Shown here: one piece after another, positions 10,928 to 19,841 of the stretch
How the letters are laid out: each line of letters opens with the position of its first letter
How positions within the stretch are numbered: position 1 is the first letter of the stretch
DNA from: Candidatus Hydrogenedentota bacterium
Lineage (GTDB): Bacteria; Hydrogenedentota; Hydrogenedentia; Hydrogenedentales; SLHB01
Assembly (NCBI GenBank): GCA_045863335.1
Contig: BTVY01000012.1
Span: forward strand, 32,001 to 96,000
Direction of reading: 5' to 3'
DNA: 64,000 bases
Program-made: the position numbers and the translations under genes
Notes under the pieces: model-generated
The model's database searches: none
Told to the model about the DNA's origin: nothing
What the model saw: the letters and a program-made list of their open reading frames with translations, nothing else

Positions 10928-11743
10928 ATGCTTCCAGGAATCAATCAGTGGGGATTTCCTAACGACCTTCCCACGACGGAGGCCATCACGCTGGCCAAAC
11001 AGATCGGGTTTTCGGCGTTCGAAGTCTGTGTGGGCGACGAGGGGCCGACTTCCTTGGATCTTAGCGAAAAGGAGGCCACGGCCATCCGGCGGCACGCGGA
11101 ATCGCTCGGCATCGCGCTATGCAGCGTGGCCAACGGGATGGGTTGGAAATACCACCTCACGTCGCCGGACGCCGCGAATCGGGAAAAGGCGAAGGAGACT
11201 ATCGCGCAGACGTTGCAGGTTGCTTCCTGGTTGGGCGCCGATGCGGTGTTGGTCGTTCCGGGCGTGTGCGACGATGCGACGCGATACGACATCGGGATTG
11301 AGAATGCGTTGAAGAGTGTTCGCGAACTGGCTGACGCCGCGGAGAAGCTGAAGGTCTCCATCGCTATTGAGAACGTGTGGAACAAGTTTCTGTTGAGTCC
11401 GGACGAAATGCGGGATTTTATCGATCAGTGTGAAAGCAAGTACGTGGGCGCGTATTTCGATACCGGCAACATCATGCTGTACGGACTTCCGGAGCAGTGG
11501 ATTGAGATCCTCGGCAATCGCATTCGCGCTGTCCATTTGAAGGATTTCCGCTGCGCCGTGGGCAATCTCGACGGTTTCGTCATGTTGATGGAAGGCGATG
11601 TGAATTGGCCCGCCGTAATGAGTGCGTTGCGGGGAATCGATTACGATCGCGCATTGACGGCGGAGTATTGGCCGTACAAACACTCGTTGGAGGCGACGTT
11701 GCGGCAGGTGTTGGCAGGACAACAGGCGATTCTGGCATTGTAG
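10928..11743 (+). CDS. Sugar phosphate isomerase/epimerase (xylose isomerase-like TIM barrel)
   Basis: IAIENVWN, FDTGN, VHLKD and TAE metal-ligand motifs. Confidence 0.92.
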   Translation: MLPGINQWGFPNDLPTTEAITLAKQIGFSAFEVCVGDEGPTSLDLSEKEATAIRRHAESLGIALCSVANGMGWKYHLTSPDAANREKAKETIAQTLQVASWLGADAVLVVPGVCDDATRYDIGIENALKSVRELADAAEKLKVSIAIENVWNKFLLSPDEMRDFIDQCESKYVGAYFDTGNIMLYGLPEQWIEILGNRIRAVHLKDFRCAVGNLDGFVMLMEGDVNWPAVMSALRGIDYDRALTAEYWPYKHSLEATLRQVLAGQQAILAL

Positions 11744-11827
11744 ACATTTCTATTCCTATCGCCATTGGGGTGCAAATGCAGTTCGGAATCCATTCGATGG
11801 ATTCCGGTTTTCGGGAGGAGTCGTCGT

Positions 11828-12808
11828 ATGAACGTAGCGTTAATCGGTTGCAGCGGCATGGGCGTGCACCATGCCGGGCATGCGACCAAGGCAGGTTTCA
11901 AGATTGTGGTTTGCGGCGATGCCATCAAGGGACGGGCGGAGGAACTGGCAAAAGAGTATGGCGCGGAGGCGACGACGGATTGTTTGTCTCTGTGCAAGCG
12001 GGACGATGTGGATGTGGTTGCGGTCCTGACGCCGACGCCATTCCATACGGAGTACGTGGTGGCCGCGGCAGAGGCCGGCAAGGACATCTTCTGCGAGAAA
12101 CCCTTTGGCCGGACGCTGGAGCAATGCAATATCGGTATCGCCGCGGCGGAGAAGGCCGGCGTCAAGTTGTTCGTCGGTCACGTGGTCCGCTATTTCCAGG
12201 AGTTCGAGACAATCAAGGCCCAGATCGATGCCGGCAAAGTCGGCAAGGTGGGATTCGTTCGCACGTACCGGGGCGGCATTTGTCCGGTGGGCGCGGGGAA
12301 CTGGTTCCGCGACTGGGACATGAGCGGCGGCGTGACGATGGACACCATCATCCACGACTTCGACTGGATCCGGTACGTGTTCGGCGATCCGGCGCAGGTG
12401 TTCAGTCAGAATTTGAAGGAACAGTTTGACAAGGCCATCGACTACGCCATGGTCACGTTCCGGATGAAGAGCGGAATCATCGTCAACACGATCGGCACCT
12501 GGGCGCATCCCGGAGGTTTTCGGGTGAAAGTGGAAGTGTGCGGCGACAACGGCATGCTGCAGTTCGACAGCAGCGAAGCGCCGTTGTCCGTGATGATGCG
12601 GGAGACGGCGTCCGGCATGCCAGGCATGATTGTGCCGGGCAGCCCGGTGGGTGTCAGCCCCTACGAACTGGAATGGCACGACTTCAAGAACTGGCTTGAT
12701 GGGAAAGGCCAGCCGCGCGTCACGCCGCAGGACGGCGTCTGGGCCGTGCGCATGGCGCTCGCGGCGTTGGAATCGGCGGACACGGGCAAACCCGTCGCGT
12801 TCAATTAG
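11828..12808 (+). CDS. Gfo/Idh/MocA family oxidoreductase
   Basis: IGCSGMG, FCEKP and DTIIHDFD motifs. Confidence 0.95.
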   Translation: MNVALIGCSGMGVHHAGHATKAGFKIVVCGDAIKGRAEELAKEYGAEATTDCLSLCKRDDVDVVAVLTPTPFHTEYVVAAAEAGKDIFCEKPFGRTLEQCNIGIAAAEKAGVKLFVGHVVRYFQEFETIKAQIDAGKVGKVGFVRTYRGGICPVGAGNWFRDWDMSGGVTMDTIIHDFDWIRYVFGDPAQVFSQNLKEQFDKAIDYAMVTFRMKSGIIVNTIGTWAHPGGFRVKVEVCGDNGMLQFDSSEAPLSVMMRETASGMPGMIVPGSPVGVSPYELEWHDFKNWLDGKGQPRVTPQDGVWAVRMALAALESADTGKPVAFN

Positions 12809-12860
12809 ACGCGGGACTCGTTGCCGGCGGGTCGGGCCAAATCATGCGGAGGTTGGAACG

Positions 12861-13223
12861 ATGCAAATCCTTACCTACGTAATCGGCGGCGCAGCTGTAG
12901 TGCTTTTTGTTTGGATGTTGCGGCTGGCGTCGAAGGAGAATCTCATCCTCGCGCTGCTCGTGGGCGCGCTATGCACGATGTGCATCGGCTTCTATCCCGC
13001 GCTGCAGTTGTCCGGTTTCGGCGAGACCATTGCGGAAACTGTGCAAGGAGAAGAAGGGGTTGAAGTGGTCGCCGCGTCACCGGTGAGGAAGCCCCTATCC
13101 GTTGTCCTGTGGTTGATTCTGTTCGCGGTTCCGGGGCCGTTTCTGGCGGTGGCCGCGCAAGTGATCTTTCGATCGATCAAACGCGTCCGCTCGGCGGACG
13201 TTGATACGGGCAACACGCCCTGA
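12861..13223 (+). CDS. Small hypothetical membrane protein (3 TM)
   Basis: ATG after GGAGG; three hydrophobic segments; lies within the operon. Confidence 0.65.
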   Translation: MQILTYVIGGAAVVLFVWMLRLASKENLILALLVGALCTMCIGFYPALQLSGFGETIAETVQGEEGVEVVAASPVRKPLSVVLWLILFAVPGPFLAVAAQVIFRSIKRVRSADVDTGNTP

Positions 13224-13236
13224 AGGAGATGAAGTA

Positions 13237-14217
13237 ATGGCGAAGTTGGGGATCATGAGTTTCGCACACATGCATGCGTACAGCTACGCGGCAGCGATAA
13301 ACGAACTAGCGGAAGCGGAACTCTTCGCAATTTGGGACGATGATGCGGCCCGCGGCAAGGCGGCGGCGGATCAGTTCAAAGCGCCGTTCATGGCGAATAT
13401 GGATGCCTTCCTCGCCTCGGGTCTTGACGGGGTCATCATCTGTTCGGAAAACGTCAAGCACCGCGCCATGGTGGAAGCCGCTGCGAAAGCGGGCAAATGG
13501 ATTCTCTGTGAAAAGCCGCTTGCGACTACCATCGAAGACGCGCAGGCCATGATCGAAGTATGCAAGAAAGCGGGGGTCGGCCTGGGCACGGCGTTTCCGT
13601 GCCGGTACGTGGCGCCGCTCATGGCCGCCAAAGAAGACCTGGACAGCGGCCGGTTCGGGACCATCTATGCGGCCGCGTGCACCAACAACGGAAGCTTCCC
13701 CGGCGGGTGGTTCGCCGACGAGAAGCTTTCCGGCGGCGGCGCCACGATGGATCACACGGTCCACGTCGTAGACCTGTTGCGGTGGATGTTCGGGAAGGAA
13801 GTCACCAAGGTCTATTGCGAGAATGGTAACCTGATTCGCGAAGGCATCGGCACGGACGATGTCGGCAGCCTCCACTTCGAAATGGAAGGGGGCATCAAGG
13901 TATCCCACATCGCGAGTTGGAACCGCGCCAAGAGTTTCCCGACCTGGGGCGATGTGACCATGGAAATCATCGCCGAGAACGGCGTGCTCAATGTGGATGC
14001 TTTCAATCAGAAGGTAGACGTGTACAACGATACCGCCATGAAAGCCGAGTGGGTCTGCTGGGGCGACAATGCGGACCTGGGCCTGGTGCGCGACTTTGCG
14101 GCCGCCTGCGACGAAAAGCGCGATCCCGCCATCACGGGCTACGACGGCCTCAAGGCCGTGGAAGTCACCGTGGCCGCATATAAATCCGCCAAGTCGGGGG
14201 AAATGGTCTCCGTCTAG
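13237..14217 (+). CDS. Gfo/Idh/MocA family oxidoreductase
   Basis: SFAHMH, LCEKP and DHTVHVVD motifs. Confidence 0.95.
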   Translation: MAKLGIMSFAHMHAYSYAAAINELAEAELFAIWDDDAARGKAAADQFKAPFMANMDAFLASGLDGVIICSENVKHRAMVEAAAKAGKWILCEKPLATTIEDAQAMIEVCKKAGVGLGTAFPCRYVAPLMAAKEDLDSGRFGTIYAAACTNNGSFPGGWFADEKLSGGGATMDHTVHVVDLLRWMFGKEVTKVYCENGNLIREGIGTDDVGSLHFEMEGGIKVSHIASWNRAKSFPTWGDVTMEIIAENGVLNVDAFNQKVDVYNDTAMKAEWVCWGDNADLGLVRDFAAACDEKRDPAITGYDGLKAVEVTVAAYKSAKSGEMVSV

Positions 14218-14223
14218 AAACGA

Positions 14224-14325
14224 TTAGCCGCGAGAGAACGCAAAGAGCGCAAAAGAAGAGGAGGTAATTGCGGCTTCGCGACCTCCTCTCTTTTTTTCGC
14301 GTTCTTTGCGTTCTTTCGCGGCTAA
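14224..14325. repeat. ~100-nt imperfect hairpin with 9-nt GAACGCAAA units, downstream of GxxExxY
   Basis: ttagccgcgagagaacgcaaagagcgcaaaagaagaggaggt ... acctcctctctttttttcgcgttctttgcgttctttcgcggctaa. Confidence 0.9.
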
Positions 14326-14333
14326 ATTTCTTG

Positions 14334-14726
14334 CTAATCGAGTGGGGACTCGGTGGAACTCATGACGTATTTCTTGATCTGGAATTTGTAGCTACCGAAG
14401 TTGGTCAGCAGCCCGTGTTCGATCCTCGATGATTTGAGATAGCCCAGCAGTTGTGCGACGTGCTCGTCAGTGAGTTGTTTGCAGGCTTTGAGTTCGATGA
14501 TCAGCCGATCTTCCACAACGAGATCGGCAAAATACTCCCCCAGAACTGTTCCATCTTCATCAAATACGGTCAGAGGATGTTGCTGCCTTACGGTAAGACC
14601 TGCCTTCCGCAAGCGATGAAAGAGAGCATTCTCGTAGATCTTCTCGAGGTGTCCATTGCCATGATAGACATGAATCGCAAACGAAGTCTCACGGACAATA
14701 TCGCATAGCTCGTTGATGGTCTTCAT
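14334..14726 (-). CDS. GxxExxY protein (PD-(D/E)XK nuclease fold)
   Basis: GHLEKIY signature, YFADLVV..IIELK, AQLLGYL; AGGAGG RBS; 130 aa. Confidence 0.95.
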   Translation of the reverse strand: MKTINELCDIVRETSFAIHVYHGNGHLEKIYENALFHRLRKAGLTVRQQHPLTVFDEDGTVLGEYFADLVVEDRLIIELKACKQLTDEHVAQLLGYLKSSRIEHGLLTNFGSYKFQIKKYVMSSTESPLD

Positions 14727-14763
14727 TCGTCTCCCCTCCTGTACTTGTCCTACATTCCTTCCA

Positions 14764-14866
14764 TTAGCCGCGAAAGAACGCAAAGAACACAAAAGAGGAG
14801 GAGGCGTACTGACACGATCTTCTCTTCTCTTGCGTCTTTTGCGTCTTTTGCGTTCTTTCGCGGCCA
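14764..14866. repeat. ~100-nt imperfect hairpin of the same family, upstream of GxxExxY
   Basis: ttagccgcgaaagaacgcaaagaacacaaaag ... cttttgcgtcttttgcgttctttcgcggcca. Confidence 0.9.
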
Positions 14867-14873
14867 TTAATCG

Positions 14874-15710
14874 TTACGGCCATTCTTCGCGGCGGAAATG
14901 TTCGACGTAGCGGTCGCCGTCTTTCATGAGGCCCAGCGCCCATTGGCGGATGCCTTCGTAGGTCTCGTCGGACATGTCGGGCGTGTATTTGCTGAGGGAT
15001 GGTTCAAACTGGCTCACGTGGGCGGCGCTGGCTTTGACCTTCTTCTCAACGATATCCGTGATGTCCACCGTGTAGTTGGGCTCTTCCGTGTAGTAGTAGA
15101 AAGCAAGCGGAACGTGGTACGGCTTGAGTCCTTCGTCCAACAGATGCTGCGGATAATAGAGGTGCCACTCGCTGGCGATGAAGGCGTCCTTCGTGATGAA
15201 CGCGGCCATGCGGTGGTCGGTCTTGTGCCAGCGTTCGTGCGAGGTGCCGGGGTCGATGGTGAACACGGCGTCGGGCCGGTACTTCTTCATGAGCCGGCAG
15301 GCTTCGCCCCGGAGCACACGCGGGTCGGCGTATTCGAGGTCGCCATCTTCGTAGCCGAGCCAAATGATGTTCTCTTTGGGTATGCCGAGGATCTCACAGG
15401 CCGTTTCTTCTTCGGCGCGGCGGATTCTGGCTAAGCGTTCGCGGGTCATGTCCAGGTCGAGCGACCCCTTGTTGTCGTTCGTGTAGATGACCACGATGAC
15501 CTTGTTACCGTTCACCGCCAATATGGACATGATGCCGCCGCACAAGAAAGTGTCGTCGTCAGGATGGGGTGTGAAGACGAGGACCGTTTTCCCGGTCCAG
15601 GTCTCGATGCGACCTTCGGGTACGGCGGGATCTTCCTGCGCAGCGGCGATCGGAAGACCTGCAAGGCAGACGCAAACCAGGAGAATCGTGAAACTGGAAA
15701 GTCTCATCAT
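14874..15710 (-). CDS. Secreted PIG-L/LmbE family deacetylase
   Basis: Signal peptide; PHPDD, RRAEE, HKTDH and HVSQ motifs. Confidence 0.93.
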   Translation of the reverse strand: MMRLSSFTILLVCVCLAGLPIAAAQEDPAVPEGRIETWTGKTVLVFTPHPDDDTFLCGGIMSILAVNGNKVIVVIYTNDNKGSLDLDMTRERLARIRRAEEETACEILGIPKENIIWLGYEDGDLEYADPRVLRGEACRLMKKYRPDAVFTIDPGTSHERWHKTDHRMAAFITKDAFIASEWHLYYPQHLLDEGLKPYHVPLAFYYYTEEPNYTVDITDIVEKKVKASAAHVSQFEPSLSKYTPDMSDETYEGIRQWALGLMKDGDRYVEHFRREEWP

Positions 15711-15939
15711 GGGGCACTCCTTTCTCATTGGACGCAAGAACGTTATGTAATCCGCGCCTCCGGTCACGCGATGCCGATCTGAGGCTCGGACCGGCGCCAG
15801 TCAACCTCTAAAAAGGCCTGACCGTTATCTTGTAACATGGCTGGCAGGGGGCGATATACTTAGAAGAGCGGTTTTTGTGCCGCGCTGTGACAGGCTGTGT
15901 CGTTCGTGTGAAGATTCGCATGGAAGAAGGAGTCGGATT

Positions 15940-17628
15940 GTGGGCATCCTGAAAAGCGCTCTGCTTTACGCAACAATCTGTCTGGCCGGTTTCGCTCTGG
16001 TTGGATGCGATTTGGACGGCGAAGGACTTAAGTGGGGTACGGCCGTTGCAGGCGATGACACTCCGGACTTCCCGGACGATGGTGGTGATGGCGGCGAAGA
16101 CCCGGGCGATGGCGGCGGTGGCAACGGGGGTGGCGGTGGAGGCGGCGGAGGCGGCACCGTAGATCGCCGCTTTGAAGGCACATGGATTGCCGCATTTGGC
16201 GACGACCTTCCCCAAGGCGCCGGGCGCAGACAACATGCGCTGCGATTGGTCTTGAACCAGACGAACGCGTCCATCACGGGCAACGGGAACGTGTTCCGGT
16301 TCTTCAACCAAGGTTCGAGTGCGTTCGACGCACAGCCATTCACGGTGCAAGTAACGGGCACGGCCAACGGCGATGACGCGGTGCTCACGCTGAGCGCCGG
16401 GAATCAATTCAACAACAATCCCAATCTGTGGCTGCGTTTGGCGGGTAGCCGCTTGGTGGCGCTGTACGCGGAACGAAATCCAAACCTCACGCTGGACCGC
16501 TCCGGGCATCTGGTCTTCCACCGCGTAGGGACCACGGACATCGATCAAACCTGGGCGGCGGCGTTCAGCGATGACTTTGGCGCGGGTGGTGCCTTCGCCG
16601 CGCGGGACCGCACCGCCAGCATGACCCTTGCCGCCGCGGGAGATGGCGCGCTGAGCGGGCTCGGCGCGTATGTGGAGCAGCGGCCCGGAGACGTGGTGCA
16701 GGTATTGGATTTCGACGTGATTCAGGGATTCCTCAGCGGCACGCAGACGGAACTGCGATTCGGCAACTTCAATCCGGCATCCGGCGAAGCGGACTGGTTC
16801 GGCTATCACAGCGGTAGTGTCATCGTGGCGGCCTATGGACAGTTCAACAACTCCAACCAACTGGCCCGATTCGGCCACGCCACCTGGTACGACGCGGGGG
16901 ACCCGGAACCCGCGGATTTTGAACGGCAATGGGTCACTTCGTTCAGCGATGCGCGCGGCGCGGGCAATTTCGTTGCGGACTATTTGATGGTCATGTCCGG
17001 GGTGTCGGTAAGCGGTAACGCCGTGACCGGCACGGTCCGCGTGCTGGACGAGTCCGAGCCGTCCCCGGCATTTGCAAGCTATACCATCGAGAACGGGATT
17101 ATCGTCGGCAACGAGCTGGTCATGGACGCCGTTCGTTCGGGCCGGCGGTTCTCGTGGAACCTGCGCCTGGCGGGCCCGGTCCTCGTGGGCTCGTACCAGC
17201 AGTTCAACAGCAACGACCAGTTTGTCAGCAGCGGGGTCGCGGAATGGAGGTTCGGCCCGACGAACAGCCTGAGCGGCACCTACGCGGCGTCCTACTTCGA
17301 CGGTTCCACGACCAGCGGTTCGGAGAACCGCGCGAGCCAGCTTGCGATCATCACGATTGGCAACGTCGCCAACGACGGCACCTTCACGGGTACCGGGTCG
17401 GTGCGCCTCGCCGGAGAGCAGAACCGGCGACAGTTCGCCATCACCGGTATCGTCGGCAGCGACAACCGCATCGAGATCGCCTGGAGCGGCGCAGACCTCT
17501 TCGGCGACACCGTGTGGAATCTCCGCAAGGCAGGGACGTACCTGTTCGGGACGTATACGAATTTCGCATCGAACAATCAGACCGTTGAGTTTCAAGGCAG
17601 CGCCACGTTCCTACGCGGCAGCTCGTAA
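15940..17628 (+). CDS. Lipoprotein with Gly/Asp linker and four tandem beta-rich domains
   Basis: Lipobox LVGC, poly-Gly linker, four repeats starting GTWIAAFGD / QTWAAAFSD / RQWVTSFSD / GTYAASYFD. Confidence 0.8.
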   Translation: MGILKSALLYATICLAGFALVGCDLDGEGLKWGTAVAGDDTPDFPDDGGDGGEDPGDGGGGNGGGGGGGGGGTVDRRFEGTWIAAFGDDLPQGAGRRQHALRLVLNQTNASITGNGNVFRFFNQGSSAFDAQPFTVQVTGTANGDDAVLTLSAGNQFNNNPNLWLRLAGSRLVALYAERNPNLTLDRSGHLVFHRVGTTDIDQTWAAAFSDDFGAGGAFAARDRTASMTLAAAGDGALSGLGAYVEQRPGDVVQVLDFDVIQGFLSGTQTELRFGNFNPASGEADWFGYHSGSVIVAAYGQFNNSNQLARFGHATWYDAGDPEPADFERQWVTSFSDARGAGNFVADYLMVMSGVSVSGNAVTGTVRVLDESEPSPAFASYTIENGIIVGNELVMDAVRSGRRFSWNLRLAGPVLVGSYQQFNSNDQFVSSGVAEWRFGPTNSLSGTYAASYFDGSTTSGSENRASQLAIITIGNVANDGTFTGTGSVRLAGEQNRRQFAITGIVGSDNRIEIAWSGADLFGDTVWNLRKAGTYLFGTYTNFASNNQTVEFQGSATFLRGSS

Positions 17629-17636
17629 GGATTCTG

Positions 17637-17681
17637 TCCATCGGATCGGACCGATTCGACTAATCAGTCGGATCCGTCTGA
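17637..17681. repeat. Degenerate 9-nt tandem repeat, 5 units
   Basis: tccatcgga tcggaccga ttcgactaa tcagtcgga tccgtctga. Confidence 0.6.
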
Positions 17682-17757
17682 CTGCTCCGGCGATGGTGCC
17701 GCGAAGCCTGTATCCTGGAGATAAATCCAGCCACTGCTCCAAAAAGGAAGTGCCCGA

Positions 17758-18585
17758 TTGTTCGATGATTTCATTCTTCCTGGCACACCGCCGGTCTTGT
17801 TCTGGACGTTCGTCGCTGTAGCCATCCTGATCCAGGGGATCAGCAAATCGGGGTTCGCGGGTGGCGCGGGCGTTTTGTCGCTGCCGCTCATGATGCTGGT
17901 GATGCCCGTGCAGAAAGTGGCGGCCATGCTGCTGCCGCTCCTGATCCTCTGCGACATGAACGCCATCTACCATCACCGGAACAACAAGGACTGGCGCGTC
18001 ATACGATCCATCTACATCCCCTGCATCGCCGGCATTCTGCTGGGCGCCGTCGTGTGGTGGTACATCGGACAAGGCGACGTCCAAGCCTACGCGCCGTATC
18101 TCAAGAAGTTCGTCGGCGCCATCGCAATCGTGTTTGTCCTGTACATCGTCGTTCGCGAAGCCGCCATGGAATGGGTCAGCCGGTACCGGCCCGGTCCGAA
18201 AGCCGCCATCGCCGCCGGAGTCTCCGCGGGGTTTTGTTCCACCATCGCCCACGCGGCGGGTCCCATTGTCGGGTTGTATATCTTCGCCCATGGACTGGGA
18301 AAATCATTGTTCGTGGGGACCGTGGCGTGGACCTTCACGCTCATCAACTTAACGAAGCTGCCCTTCTATTTTGCCGTAGGTCTGATCCAGCCCGATGTGC
18401 TGGCGTTGGATCTCGTGCTCGTACCGCTGATTCCGATCGGATCGTATCTGGGCAAGTGGATGCATCACCGCGTGCCGGAAACGCTCTTCAACCGAACCAT
18501 CGCGATATTGACGGTGCTGGCGGCGCTCCAATTGCTGTTCAATCTCGACGTGATTGGGGTGGTTCTGCAAACCATAACCCCATAG
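17758..18585 (+). CDS. Sulfite exporter TauE/SafE family protein
   Basis: GISKSGFAGG and STIAHAAGP motifs; about 8 TM helices. Confidence 0.9.
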   Translation: MFDDFILPGTPPVLFWTFVAVAILIQGISKSGFAGGAGVLSLPLMMLVMPVQKVAAMLLPLLILCDMNAIYHHRNNKDWRVIRSIYIPCIAGILLGAVVWWYIGQGDVQAYAPYLKKFVGAIAIVFVLYIVVREAAMEWVSRYRPGPKAAIAAGVSAGFCSTIAHAAGPIVGLYIFAHGLGKSLFVGTVAWTFTLINLTKLPFYFAVGLIQPDVLALDLVLVPLIPIGSYLGKWMHHRVPETLFNRTIAILTVLAALQLLFNLDVIGVVLQTITP

Positions 18586-18778
18586 AGGCCAGTGGTGAAT
18601 GTGGTCACTACAGGCCGATTTCATAATACGCATTAATCTCGAATTAATATACTTTTGCACCTATCGCGACTAGCCAAACACCGGATTTGCGGGGTACAAT
18701 CCTCTTGTTAGCGAGACCGGGGATCGCTATCTCTGTTGGATTGGGTAAACACATCTGGGGGACGAAGGAGGCAGATCC

Positions 18779-19672
18779 ATGCTCGGGTTCCAATCACGGT
18801 TCAAGATTCTATCGTTAATCTGTTTTGTCGCGCTGGTCCTGGCAATCGGTAGCGGGTGCCCCAGAACCGTTCCGACGGGTAAGGCCAAAGTGACGACCGC
18901 CTTTACGGCAGACTCAGGGTCATTCAAGAATGCCCTTGTCAAGGCGTTGAGCACGGAGAAAGCCGTTGTTGCCATTGACGATGTTTATAGCTTGACGGTT
19001 ACTATCGACGAAATCGCCCTGGACCATGACAACGATGATGCCGAAGAAGAAGAGGGAGACGACGACAAGGCAAACAAGGCGAAGGTCGTCGTATTCACCG
19101 GCCCGCTGGACGTCAATCTTCTCGACTTGACGGCGGTATCCGAGGCGCTGTCGACGGCGGAAGTACCAGCCGGAACGTACACGAAGATACGGCTGGCGAT
19201 AAGCAATCCGCGCTTGGTGTTGAATTCGGATCCCAACACCGAAATCACGAACATTAAACTCACGGCGAACGGACATCTGTTCATCAATCAAACGTTCACC
19301 TTGCAGGACGGGGAGCAGAGTCTTCTTCTGCTCGACTTCGGCGGAATCCATCTCGTGCAGAACGGGAATGGCCGGTATGTGCTGACCCCGCAGTTACAGG
19401 CCGACCTGACGCAAATGTCTGCCGATGTAATGGCCAGCGGTGAGATCGCCAATCTGGACATGGACGCGGACCTGTTCACGTTGCTGTTGATGGACGGCGA
19501 ATTGGAGGTTGACTACAGCACGGCCGCAATCTTCCTGGAAACGGATACCGACACGGCGACAGGCACCGAAGCCGATCTTGCGGACGGCCTCATGGTCGAA
19601 GTGACGGGGCTGTTGCAGGTGGACGGATCCGTCGTGGCGAGTTCGGTCCGGATACTGCCGGCCGCTCCGTAA
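18779..19672 (+). CDS. DUF4382-type lipoprotein with C-terminal DUF5666-like OB domain
   Basis: Lipobox GSGC; VNLLDL, VPAGTYTKIRL, LLDF; C-terminal DLADGLMVEVTG. Confidence 0.75.
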   Translation: MLGFQSRFKILSLICFVALVLAIGSGCPRTVPTGKAKVTTAFTADSGSFKNALVKALSTEKAVVAIDDVYSLTVTIDEIALDHDNDDAEEEEGDDDKANKAKVVVFTGPLDVNLLDLTAVSEALSTAEVPAGTYTKIRLAISNPRLVLNSDPNTEITNIKLTANGHLFINQTFTLQDGEQSLLLLDFGGIHLVQNGNGRYVLTPQLQADLTQMSADVMASGEIANLDMDADLFTLLLMDGELEVDYSTAAIFLETDTDTATGTEADLADGLMVEVTGLLQVDGSVVASSVRILPAAP

Positions 19673-19841
19673 CACGAACCAGAATCCCGACTCCTTTTGC
19701 GGGGAGTAGCCCTTGCGGCTGCTCCCCGTTTTCATTTTCCGCGAACAGGAGGCGACACGTTCACTTGTATTGCTACGTTGACGGCGGATCGGAGAGTTGC
19801 CATCATATGCGGCGTACGCCAATCAGTAACAGGGGCCAGTC

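Noticed and set aside
14224-14866. CRISPR array or classical IS
   Set aside because: No regularly spaced identical repeats with unique spacers, no cas genes, and no DDE/HUH transposase.
14727-14867. Arg/Lys-rich N-terminal extension of GxxExxY
   Set aside because: It is a translation of the hairpin repeat; a strong RBS precedes ATG 14726.
16080-16160. GGC/GGT-rich tract as a DNA repeat element
   Set aside because: It encodes the poly-Gly linker of the lipoprotein.
15808-17595. 595-aa antisense ORF (likewise 23506-25623, 26300-28237, 31605-32912, 54730-56373)
   Set aside because: These are shadow frames of well-supported genes on the opposite strand, expected at high GC, with no motifs of their own.
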